Part shown: positions 18,363-26,606 of the stretch, one piece after another | Layout: the number at the start of each line of letters is the position of its first letter | Position numbering within the stretch: the stretch's first letter is position 1 | Assembly (NCBI GenBank): GCA_047615875.1 | Contig: JBLHGU010000003.1 | Location: forward strand, 8,476-72,475 | Direction of reading: 5' to 3' | Origin: Parasphingorhabdus sp. | GTDB taxonomy: Bacteria > Pseudomonadota > Gammaproteobacteria > Arenicellales > CAJQKF01 | Length of the DNA: 64,000 nt | Position numbers and translations under genes: made by a program | The notes under the pieces: generated by a model | Database searches by the model: none | The model's input: only the letters and a program-made list of their open reading frames with translations | What the model was told of the DNA's origin: nothing

Positions 18363-19247
18363 TTATAATTCGCGCAATTTACGCTGTTTTTCAACCATCT
18401 GATCAACGATGGGTGCGAGAATAATTTCCATGGCCAGGCCCATTTTTCCACCGGGTACAACAATTGTATTTCGTCTTGAAATAAAAGAGTCATGCAGCAT
18501 GGAGAGTAGATAGGGGAAGTCGGTTTTGAATTTGGTTGTATTTTTGAAGCGAATCACCACAAAACTTTCGTCGGCGGTGGGAATATCCCGGGCAATGAAG
18601 GGATTGGACGTGTCTACTGTGGGAACTCGTTGAAAGTTTATGTCCGTTTCGGAAAACTGCGGTGTAATGTAGTGGACATAGTCTGGCATGCGACGCAAAA
18701 TTGTATCCGTAACAACCTCCGGCGAATACCCTCTTTGGGCGGTATCGCGATGAATTTTCTGAATCCACTCGAGATTTACTATTGGCACTACACCAATTTT
18801 TAAATCTGCATATTGGGCCACATTAACCGTTCGGTTTACTACGGCACCATGTAAACCCTCATAGAACAGAACGTCTGTGCCAGTGGGGATATTCTCCCAG
18901 GGGGTGAATGTCCCCGGCTGCTGATGATAGGCTGCAGCTTCCTTATTACCATGAAGGTAATAACGCCTCTGACCCGTTCCAGACTCTCCATAAACGCGAA
19001 ATAACTCCTCAATTTTTTCATAATGGTTTGCTTCTGGCCCGAAATGGCTGAGGTCCTTGCCCTGATATGAGGCATTGGCCACGGCATCGCGCATTTCCAG
19101 TCGATTAAAACGATGAAAACTATCTCCCTCTATTACACAGGGAGTGACACCTTCGCGGAAGAATATGTGCTCAAAAGCGACCTTAACTGTGGTTGTCCCC
19201 GCGCCGGATGAGCCGGTTACCGCGATAACTGGATGTTTGACAGACAT
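18363..19247 (-). CDS. prk: Phosphoribulokinase
   Basis: HPVIAVTGSSGAGTTTV P-loop, a length of 294 aa, and a divergent LysR (CbbR) neighbour. Confidence 0.9.
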   Translation of the reverse strand: MSVKHPVIAVTGSSGAGTTTVKVAFEHIFFREGVTPCVIEGDSFHRFNRLEMRDAVANASYQGKDLSHFGPEANHYEKIEELFRVYGESGTGQRRYYLHGNKEAAAYHQQPGTFTPWENIPTGTDVLFYEGLHGAVVNRTVNVAQYADLKIGVVPIVNLEWIQKIHRDTAQRGYSPEVVTDTILRRMPDYVHYITPQFSETDINFQRVPTVDTSNPFIARDIPTADESFVVIRFKNTTKFKTDFPYLLSMLHDSFISRRNTIVVPGGKMGLAMEIILAPIVDQMVEKQRKLREL

Positions 19248-19324
19248 GGAGTTTTCTCTGAAAAATAAGAATTCTTTCTGGTCTCTGTGACCACATCAGC
19301 AGGCATTGACTAGATAGAGAGCCT

Positions 19325-19412
19325 AATTATGCACATACGATGTTTTGTTGGCAGCAATATAAAACAGAATTATGCATAAGGGATATGCAATTATCTTTAT
19401 TTTATGCATAAG
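19325..19412. promoter_or_regulatory. Candidate CbbR operator region in the prk<>cbbR divergent intergenic
   Basis: AATTATGCA occurs at 19325 and 19368. The inverted repeat TGCATA-N5-TATGCA sits at 19373-19389. The palindromic TTATGCATAAG occurs at 19370-19380 and 19402-19412. LysR sites are typically AT-rich dyads (T-N11-A). The assignment is inference. Confidence 0.4.
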
Positions 19413-19500
19413 CTTATATATATTAACAGACTCTTCTTGATGAACGGGTTATTACAGCTCATTCGTTTATTCTGTACATAAAATCGTTAAATATATAGCT

Positions 19501-20391
19501 ATGCATTTTACAATTAGACAACTACAGGTGTTTGAGGCTGTTGCCAGAAAATTGAGCTTCACCCGCGCTGCAGATGAGTTACATCTGACCCAGCCTGCAG
19601 TCTCTATGCAGATTAAGCAACTGGAATCCTCTATCGGACTGCCTCTATTTGAACAAGTTGGCAAGAAAGTTCATCTGACTGAGCCTGGCAACGTAATGTT
19701 AGTACATAGCCGGCGTGTAATGGATTGTCTGAGTACAGCCCGACACGAACTTAACGATCTCAAAGGTATAGATGCTGGGCATTTGAAAATTGCTGTAGTC
19801 TCGACGGTTAACTATTTTGCAGCCCGATTACTGGCTGAATTTACCGCTCATTATCCGTCTGTTCAGATCAGTCTTGATGTAACCAATCGCCGCGATGTAT
19901 TGAAAAAACTTGAAAAAAATGAACCAGATATCGTGTTAATGGGACAGCCTCCGAGGGAGCTGGATCTGGTGTCTGAGCCATTTATGATAAACCCCCTTAT
20001 TGTAATTTCTTCTCCAGGACATCCTCTATGTGAACGACAAAAGATTTCAGCTAATGATCTTAATGGTGAAGTATTTGTGTTAAGGGAGGAAGGGTCTGGA
20101 ACTCGCAAAGCTATGCAGCGGTTTTTCGAAGAACGGTCTATAGAGCCCGCCAGGGGGATTGAAATGGGCGGCAATGAGGCTATTAAGCAAAGTGTAGAAG
20201 CTGGTATTGGTTTGGCAATAGTCTCCCGACATACCGCGCAACTTGAATTAGATGTTGGTCGCCTGGTAGAGCTTGAGGTTGAAGGTTTTCCTATAGAGAG
20301 ACGTTGGTTTATTGTTCATCGACAGGGTAAGCGGTTATCGCCCACTGCTAAGGAATTTTGTAAGTTTGTGCTGAATAAAGCCAGGATTTAG
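19501..20391 (+). CDS. cbbR: LysR-family transcriptional regulator, likely CbbR
   Basis: N-terminal HTH FTRAADELHLTQPAVSMQIKQLE, 296 aa, divergent from prk. Confidence 0.75.
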   Translation: MHFTIRQLQVFEAVARKLSFTRAADELHLTQPAVSMQIKQLESSIGLPLFEQVGKKVHLTEPGNVMLVHSRRVMDCLSTARHELNDLKGIDAGHLKIAVVSTVNYFAARLLAEFTAHYPSVQISLDVTNRRDVLKKLEKNEPDIVLMGQPPRELDLVSEPFMINPLIVISSPGHPLCERQKISANDLNGEVFVLREEGSGTRKAMQRFFEERSIEPARGIEMGGNEAIKQSVEAGIGLAIVSRHTAQLELDVGRLVELEVEGFPIERRWFIVHRQGKRLSPTAKEFCKFVLNKARI

Positions 20392-20794
20392 AGCTAATGT
20401 TAACTGGTTAATCGAAAAATACTATATAAAAATAGATTGAGAAATATTTTTAGCTTTTAGAATTCAGAACCCTGGATGGGTTCGACCTCTACTTACTAAT
20501 TCTCAAATCTGATATCAGGCTGAGAAAAAGAGAATATGTAAATAGTGTTCGATTGCAAACCCCATTGGTGCATCCTTTTCCACTGAAGATTGTTTTAGCG
20601 ACGTTAGTATTGAACCAGAATTTGGGGTTATTGCCTCTCGCAGGCAGGTCAGATACGGGAGCATTAAATTCTACTGTACAATATGGAAAACACTTAGTAG
20701 TAAAGGGCTCACCTTAAAACGTTGGATTATGTAAATGGTGTCCATTGACATGCTCTCAGCCTAAACTACACAAACACTTATAGTCAGGGGACGT

Positions 20795-21946
20795 ATGTTT
20801 GGTAAGCAACAACATTTAACTGGTTCAGTCAATAATAGTATTAAGCAGGAAGAGAGTGGCGAAGACTATCAGGCTATTATTGAAGATATTGTTGGCTACG
20901 CGGCGGATAAGGGTGGATCAGATATTCATCTTCGAGTTGGTGGGTATCCAGCAGTACGATTGAATGGCGATTTAAAACCCATTGAAGAATTTAGCGTATT
21001 GTCTCTTGCCGATATGGAAGGCCTCCTGCAAGTTGTATTGACCGCCCGAGATCGCCAGATTCTCGAGGAAAAACGGCAATGCGACACTTCATTGGGGTTT
21101 GCATCCATAGGTAGGGTTCGAGTAAACGCCTTTTATCAGCGTGGCAGTGTCGCGTTAGCGATTCGACTGATTAAAACCAGTATTCCTACCCTGGATGAAT
21201 TGGGTGTGCCTGATGTTTTGTATAAGATTTCACGTTTGCGAAGTGGTTTGATTTTGACAACGGGTTCCACCGGCTCGGGTAAATCTACAACACTGGCTGC
21301 CATTGTGGACGATATTAATCAGCGTTATCAGAAGCACATAATCACAATAGAGGATCCTGTTGAGTTTCTTTTTCGGGACAAACAGTCGATTGTTGCCCAA
21401 CGTGAAATTGGTATCGATGCTCTAAGTTTCAAAGACGCAATGTCTGCTGCAATGCGTGAGGATCCAGATGTTATTCTGTTATCTGATTTGCGTGATACAG
21501 AATCTATGGAGTTCGCCATGGATGCGGCCGAAACCGGACATTTGGTCCTCGGTACCGTACATTCACCGACTGCCCCTGATGCAATATCGAGAATTGTGGG
21601 GTCTTTCCCGTCCGCCTCACAAAATACTATCAGAACAAAATTGTCGCAAAATCTTAAAGCGGTCGTTGGTCAGCGTCTGTTGCCCAACCGGGATAAAACC
21701 GGGCGTGTACTGGCCTGTGAGGTTATGCTTGTTTCGCAACGAATTCAGGAATTGATTCTTGATCCAATGAAAGTCGCGGAAATCAGCGACCTAATGCGCA
21801 AAAGTAAGTCTGTTGATGGGGTTATGTCTTTTGATCAGAGTATTTTTGATCTCTTCAAGAAGAAGCTTATCAACGAAGAAACTGCCTTGCGTTTTTCCAG
21901 CAGTCCAAATGATATGGGACTGCGTATCAAGGGCTTTTCCAATTAG
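20795..21946 (+). CDS. PilT-family type IV pilus retraction-type ATPase (orphan)
   Basis: GSDIHL...LILTTGSTGSGKSTTLAA (Walker A), IITIEDPVEF, EDPDVILLSDLRD (Walker B/Asp box), and GHLVLGTVHS (His box). It has a ~35 aa N-terminal extension. Confidence 0.85.
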   Translation: MFGKQQHLTGSVNNSIKQEESGEDYQAIIEDIVGYAADKGGSDIHLRVGGYPAVRLNGDLKPIEEFSVLSLADMEGLLQVVLTARDRQILEEKRQCDTSLGFASIGRVRVNAFYQRGSVALAIRLIKTSIPTLDELGVPDVLYKISRLRSGLILTTGSTGSGKSTTLAAIVDDINQRYQKHIITIEDPVEFLFRDKQSIVAQREIGIDALSFKDAMSAAMREDPDVILLSDLRDTESMEFAMDAAETGHLVLGTVHSPTAPDAISRIVGSFPSASQNTIRTKLSQNLKAVVGQRLLPNRDKTGRVLACEVMLVSQRIQELILDPMKVAEISDLMRKSKSVDGVMSFDQSIFDLFKKKLINEETALRFSSSPNDMGLRIKGFSN

Positions 21947-22398
21947 TTCGAAATTATTTTTTCGCACAAAGTTTAACTAACAATTTGCTTTTAGGAGAAA
22001 TCCTTTTATTCCTATATTTCAATTGTATGGATAACTTTTAGTTGGCGTTACAATCGCAAACAATCTATGTTTAACGATCCAGGAATGCCTCATAAAAATT
22101 TCCAACTTTAGTCTATGTGTCTTAACCTACCGTTCCACATGGGATAGGCGTATGGGTGGGGTATGTTACTTTGGAGTAGTTTTTAATCAGATAGGTTCGT
22201 CATAAAATTCACTTATAGCTAAACAGCGCTACGCTGGACGTAACCGGCCTGTGTTGGGTGCGATATTTTCCAACCAGCCATACATATGGACATATGCAGA
22301 GGACTTGGCCTGTTCCCACTAAGATTGAATAATTGAGTGGCTAGCGTGGCAACACCATTTGCCAATCCGACTAATACGATAAATTACGGTATCCGATA

Positions 22399-23307
22399 AT
22401 GGCAGACAGACGCCTGCAAGTTTTTTCAACTGTGGCTCGTTTATTGAGCTTCACCAAAGCGGCTGAAGCATTGCATATGACTCAGCCTGCTGTCACATTT
22501 CAAATTCGCCAGCTGGAAGATTATTTCAACACACGACTATTTGATAGAACTCACAACAGGATTAGTCTCACAAATGCCGGTGAACTGGTAAAAACTTACG
22601 CTGAGCAGATTATTTCGCTTTACAGTGAGATGGATAACGAAGTGCGTAAACTTACCGGCGACGTACTTGGCCCACTAGTTCTGGGTGCCAGCACCACCAT
22701 TGGCGATTACGTGGCACCCAAACTGTTGGGTGAGTATCAAAAAATATTTTCTGATGTAACAGTGAGGCTTAATATTGCGAATACCGGCGGTATTATTCAC
22801 ATGGTTGAAAACAATGAAATTGATATTGGTATAGTTGAGGGACCGGTCAATAATCGCAATCTGGTGACTAATGTTTGTCTGGAAGATGAGCTGGTTGTTG
22901 TAGTTGCTCCCGATCACCCATTAGCAAATCTGGAATCTATCGAACCTGCTGAGTTACTTAAATATCCCTTCATCAGTCGAGAAGAAGGTTCAGGAACCCG
23001 CGAGGTCATTGTTGAATATCTGACCCGACACGGCATCGATTCTGCTCAGTTGAATGTTGTTATGGAGTTCGGTGGGCCAGAGGCAATCAAGAGTGCCGTG
23101 TCCGTTGGACTGGGTATTTCGGTGCTTTCAATTGCGACTCTGGATAAAGAAATCAAACTGAAGACACTTTGTGCTATCAGCCTTATTGATCCCCTCAAAC
23201 GACCCTTCTCTATTGTTTATCAACGACAAAAGTTTCGTATGCGGGCGATGGAAGAATTCTTAGAATTTGCGCAGAAACAATGTGAAATTATGCAAAACGG
23301 AGCATAG
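22399..23307 (+). CDS. LysR-family transcriptional regulator
   Basis: HTH FTKAAEALHMTQPAVTFQIRQLE plus a substrate-binding-type C-terminal domain. 302 aa. Confidence 0.85.
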   Translation: MADRRLQVFSTVARLLSFTKAAEALHMTQPAVTFQIRQLEDYFNTRLFDRTHNRISLTNAGELVKTYAEQIISLYSEMDNEVRKLTGDVLGPLVLGASTTIGDYVAPKLLGEYQKIFSDVTVRLNIANTGGIIHMVENNEIDIGIVEGPVNNRNLVTNVCLEDELVVVVAPDHPLANLESIEPAELLKYPFISREEGSGTREVIVEYLTRHGIDSAQLNVVMEFGGPEAIKSAVSVGLGISVLSIATLDKEIKLKTLCAISLIDPLKRPFSIVYQRQKFRMRAMEEFLEFAQKQCEIMQNGA

Positions 23308-23332
23308 TTTTTAATTTGCCCGATATTCACCT

Positions 23333-23692
23333 TTGAATCCAACAGACAAATCCATTTTGAACAGAATTCGGCAACTCTCTGCTGCGGAGCGTAAGAGTGT
23401 CGAGGACTATATTGATTTTTTATTGTCGCGGCAGTTGACCGAAATTAGCAAAGTTTCAACTTTACCGCTGGATATTCCAAGACCGGATTCAGAATCGGTT
23501 GTTCGTGCGATGCAGCGGTTAACAAAAAACTATCCTATGCTGGATACTAAACACCTGTTTTCCGAGGCATCATCGTTGATGTCACAAAATGTTTTACAAG
23601 GTAGGCCAGCAGCTCAGGTTATAAATGATCTCGAGGCGTTGTTTTTATCGTACTATCAACAATATTCCAGTAGCCCTCATCAGACTAAGTAG
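23333..23692 (+). CDS. Hypothetical protein
   Basis: 119 aa, TTG start. The N-terminal ILNRIRQLSAAERKSVEDYIDFLLSRQ is reminiscent of DUF2281-type small domains. No adjacent toxin-like partner. Confidence 0.5.
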   Translation: MNPTDKSILNRIRQLSAAERKSVEDYIDFLLSRQLTEISKVSTLPLDIPRPDSESVVRAMQRLTKNYPMLDTKHLFSEASSLMSQNVLQGRPAAQVINDLEALFLSYYQQYSSSPHQTK

Positions 23693-23816
23693 TCAACATT
23701 GCCAGTCGAAATAGGGAGTTCGATCCGCAAAATAGGAAAATTGTGGGTAGCTTCGATTGCGATTTTCTTCCTGGCATGGTAGAAACTTCTTCATATTAGT
23801 TTAATTCCATAAAAAA

Positions 23817-24323
23817 ATGAGCCGCGGATTATCCTCAAACGGAATCGATGCTGAAGGCTATCGTGCCAATGTGGCTATTGTAATTTGCAATGGTAGTGGC
23901 AAGGTATTGTGGGCTCGACGTGCTCGACGGGATGGTTGGCAATTTCCTCAGGGCGGTGTCGAGGGGGGCGAGACAGCAGAGCAGGCAGCTTTTCGGGAGT
24001 TGTACGAAGAAATCGGCTTGCAACCGGAGCATGTTAAGCTGGTAGGGAGAACTTATTCCTGGTTGCACTACGATGTACCAGGTTTTGGCATACGAACCCA
24101 GCAGTCTAGTTTTCGAGGTCAGAAACAACTCTGGTTTCTGTTTCGGATGCTGGGAAAGGATTCAGACGTGTGTCTTGATCGGGTGGATAAGCCCGAATTT
24201 GATCGCTGGCGATGGGTTGATTATTGGGATCCTGTAGAGCGCATCGTAGAGTTTAAGCGGGATGTCTATCAATCAGCATTGGCTGAACTCGAGCCATTTT
24301 TCAAGCAGAATTGGCGAGACTAA
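23817..24323 (+). CDS. rppH: RNA pyrophosphohydrolase (Nudix)
   Basis: GYRANVAIVICN...WQFPQGGVEGGETAEQAAFRELYEEIGL is the Nudix box and is collinear with RppH. Confidence 0.9.
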   Translation: MSRGLSSNGIDAEGYRANVAIVICNGSGKVLWARRARRDGWQFPQGGVEGGETAEQAAFRELYEEIGLQPEHVKLVGRTYSWLHYDVPGFGIRTQQSSFRGQKQLWFLFRMLGKDSDVCLDRVDKPEFDRWRWVDYWDPVERIVEFKRDVYQSALAELEPFFKQNWRD

Positions 24324-24325
24324 AA

Positions 24326-24865
24326 TTAGTTTGTGACAGCTACTTTCTGGAACACATTAATTTGATATAGCAGGCCTGACTGAAAAGTAAATTCTATACC
24401 CTGGGCTGAATAACGGATAGTTTGTTTTTCCTTCTGCTCAAAATCTTTACCATAAATCAATTTGACCTGATGTCGTGGCATACCGACCCGGGCGCCCTTT
24501 GGTGTTTGAATACTAGCATCCCCCTGTACGCTGATTTCCTCCGCGAATTTTTTTCCTTCAATCTTGATCCAGGTGTTGGTTCCCGACTTGAAAATGAAAA
24601 CATAATGACGGTTGAAAAAACCAGTTTTTTCACTGGCGAAGGGTTCGCCTAAAACTTTTCCCACATCAGCAAAGCTCATGCCAATGGATAATGGTCCCAC
24701 ACCTTGCCCTGGTACAATGTAAATAGCGGAGTCCAGGTAGCGAACTATTTTTTCCATTACCCGGTCGTCGGTGTTTTGGGCGCGTACCAATGTGCCAGAT
24801 AGCAGCAAAAGTGCTATAGCGACAAGCAGTGGTTGAACAAAGATACGAGTAATTAAAGCAGACAT
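24326..24865 (-). CDS. Exported hypothetical protein
   Basis: MSALITRIFVQPLLVAIALLLLSGTLVRA is signal-peptide-like. The start could be 24865, 24889 or 24904. Confidence 0.6.
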   Translation of the reverse strand: MSALITRIFVQPLLVAIALLLLSGTLVRAQNTDDRVMEKIVRYLDSAIYIVPGQGVGPLSIGMSFADVGKVLGEPFASEKTGFFNRHYVFIFKSGTNTWIKIEGKKFAEEISVQGDASIQTPKGARVGMPRHQVKLIYGKDFEQKEKQTIRYSAQGIEFTFQSGLLYQINVFQKVAVTN

Positions 24866-25058
24866 TACGACCCTAAAGGTGGGTGTCATTGTTAATGCCA
24901 CCAATAATACCCTGCTGAGCAGTAGTGGTGTAGATTGAGCAATACATCATGCTGCTGGTTTCGATAGACTAAAGTCATTTCGATTACTTGGTGGCTCTGA
25001 AACTGGCAAGGCAAAAATATCCAACAGCAGAGTAATCAGGTTGAGCCTGCATGAAGTA

Positions 25059-25556
25059 CTAACGCGACAATATGTTGTGGAAAGCCTTAATTCGGTCGGC
25101 TAAAGCGGTAGTCGAACGATTAAATCGAAACGCTATGTTACGTACTTCCCCACCATGTTGTTTGACCCATTCAGCACCAACAATATTTGCAACGTCCCAA
25201 TCTCCCCCCTTTATCAGAAAATCTGGATTGATGGTCTCAATTAAAGTGATAGGGGTTTCATCATCAAACCCAATAACTATATCAACACTGTTGAGACCGG
25301 CGACCACTGCCATACGATCTTCTTGCTGGTTATAGGGTCTATCGTCGCCTTTGCCAAGATTGCGTATAGAACGATCACTATTAACGCCGACTATCAATGT
25401 TGCGCCTAACAGAGCCGCCTGTTCAAGATAATCAATATGACCACGATGAATAAGGTCAAAACATCCATTGGTAAAAACCAGTGGTCGGGTCAGACTATCA
25501 ATTTTTGGCTTCAGCTCGCCAATGTTGTTATAAAGTTTCTTTTCTGAGACGCTCAT
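25059..25556 (-). CDS. hldC: D-glycero-beta-D-manno-heptose 1-phosphate adenylyltransferase (RfaE domain II type)
   Basis: FTNGCFDLIHRGHIDYL is the cytidylyltransferase HxGH motif. 165 aa, single-domain. The ATG overlaps the upstream stop (ATGA). Confidence 0.85.
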   Translation of the reverse strand: MSVSEKKLYNNIGELKPKIDSLTRPLVFTNGCFDLIHRGHIDYLEQAALLGATLIVGVNSDRSIRNLGKGDDRPYNQQEDRMAVVAGLNSVDIVIGFDDETPITLIETINPDFLIKGGDWDVANIVGAEWVKQHGGEVRNIAFRFNRSTTALADRIKAFHNILSR

Positions 25557-26170
25557 TGGTATTCAAACACTTTAACAATTCGGGTGATGCCACGGACTTT
25601 ACGTGCCGCATTAACCGCTAACTCCCCTTCAGTCGCGCTAATCATACCCAATAGATAAACATTGCCTCGCTCGGTAACTACCTTAATATCGCTGGCCCGA
25701 AGATGCTTTGTTGTCAGCAAGCGGGTTTTTACTTTGCTGGTCAGCCATATGTCATTGGAACGGCTAGTGATGCGAGATTTTTCAGAAATATTAATCTGGT
25801 TGATAACGCTGCGAACTTCAGAATAATTGCGTGCTATATGTACGGCCTGGCTGGATTGTTCATGACGTGGAGTTTCCCCTGTTAGCAATACAATTCCGTT
25901 CATTGATGTAACACTGATATTAACTCCGCGATCAATAGTCGGATCACGATTTATAGCTCGGCGTATTTTTACCTCTACGGAATTATCGTCGACATAAGTA
26001 CCAACGGTGCGTTTGTCCCGCGCGATATCTACAGATGTAACAAGGGCGACGCCGAGCGCAGTCGCTGCACAACCGGCTAGATAGAAGCTGCATATTGAGG
26101 TGGCTAATAGTCGCCAGGCAAGGGAGCCTCTTGTTTTATAAAGTTGTAGTGGGGTATTGGAAAAGTTCAT
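25553..26170 (-). CDS. dolP: Dual-BON-domain outer-membrane lipoprotein (DolP/YraP-like)
   Basis: Lipobox FYLAGC, two BON-like units (VNISVTSMNGIVLLTGETP, IKVVTERGNVYLLGMIS), and synteny after yraN. An alternative start is at 26248. Confidence 0.8.
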   Translation of the reverse strand: MNFSNTPLQLYKTRGSLAWRLLATSICSFYLAGCAATALGVALVTSVDIARDKRTVGTYVDDNSVEVKIRRAINRDPTIDRGVNISVTSMNGIVLLTGETPRHEQSSQAVHIARNYSEVRSVINQINISEKSRITSRSNDIWLTSKVKTRLLTTKHLRASDIKVVTERGNVYLLGMISATEGELAVNAARKVRGITRIVKVFEYQ

Positions 26171-26252
26171 AAAAGAATTGTGATGGAGATCCCGTCTGGC
26201 CGGTATTGTACCGATCAGACTAATTAATAAAAGCAGAATGTGTCGCATATAA

Positions 26253-26603
26253 TCAAAATGCGTTTTTTATCCATTGGATGTTTTCAGCGTTTCCATCAAT
26301 AGCTACCACATCACAGCGACAATTGGCTATAAAACTGATTTGATGTAATTGCAAATAGTATTCCGCGGTTTTACGAATACGGCGCTGTTTGCCACGATTC
26401 ACTGACTCAAGGGCACTTACACTATGTTTATTACTGCGATAGCGAACTTCGACAAAAACTGTCGTTTCTCCATCTTGCATAATGAGGTCGATTTCTCCCT
26501 GTTTGCCACGGAAATTTCTTTCGATCAGTTTTAAGCCCTGTTTAGTTAGATGCTTTTCGGCAAATTTTTCAGCTTCGGCACCATCCTTGTGTCTTTGATA
26601 CAT
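26253..26603 (-). CDS. yraN: YraN family (UPF0102) endonuclease-like protein
   Basis: 116 aa. GEIDLIM.DGET.VFVEVR motif, and synteny between lpoA and dolP. Confidence 0.85.
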   Translation of the reverse strand: MYQRHKDGAEAEKFAEKHLTKQGLKLIERNFRGKQGEIDLIMQDGETTVFVEVRYRSNKHSVSALESVNRGKQRRIRKTAEYYLQLHQISFIANCRCDVVAIDGNAENIQWIKNAF

Positions 26604-26606
26604 TGA

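Noticed and set aside
20478-20490. tRNA-like T-arm strings: gggttcgacc at ~20478 and gggagttcgatcc at ~23714.
   Set aside because: No acceptor-stem complementarity, anticodon arm or CCA-proximal pairing could be built around either. They are probably chance matches.
20745-20750. A TTGACA -35 hexamer upstream of the pilT-like gene, considered as a promoter.
   Set aside because: No acceptable -10 hexamer lies at 16-18 nt spacing (only acacaa), which is too weak to report as a feature.
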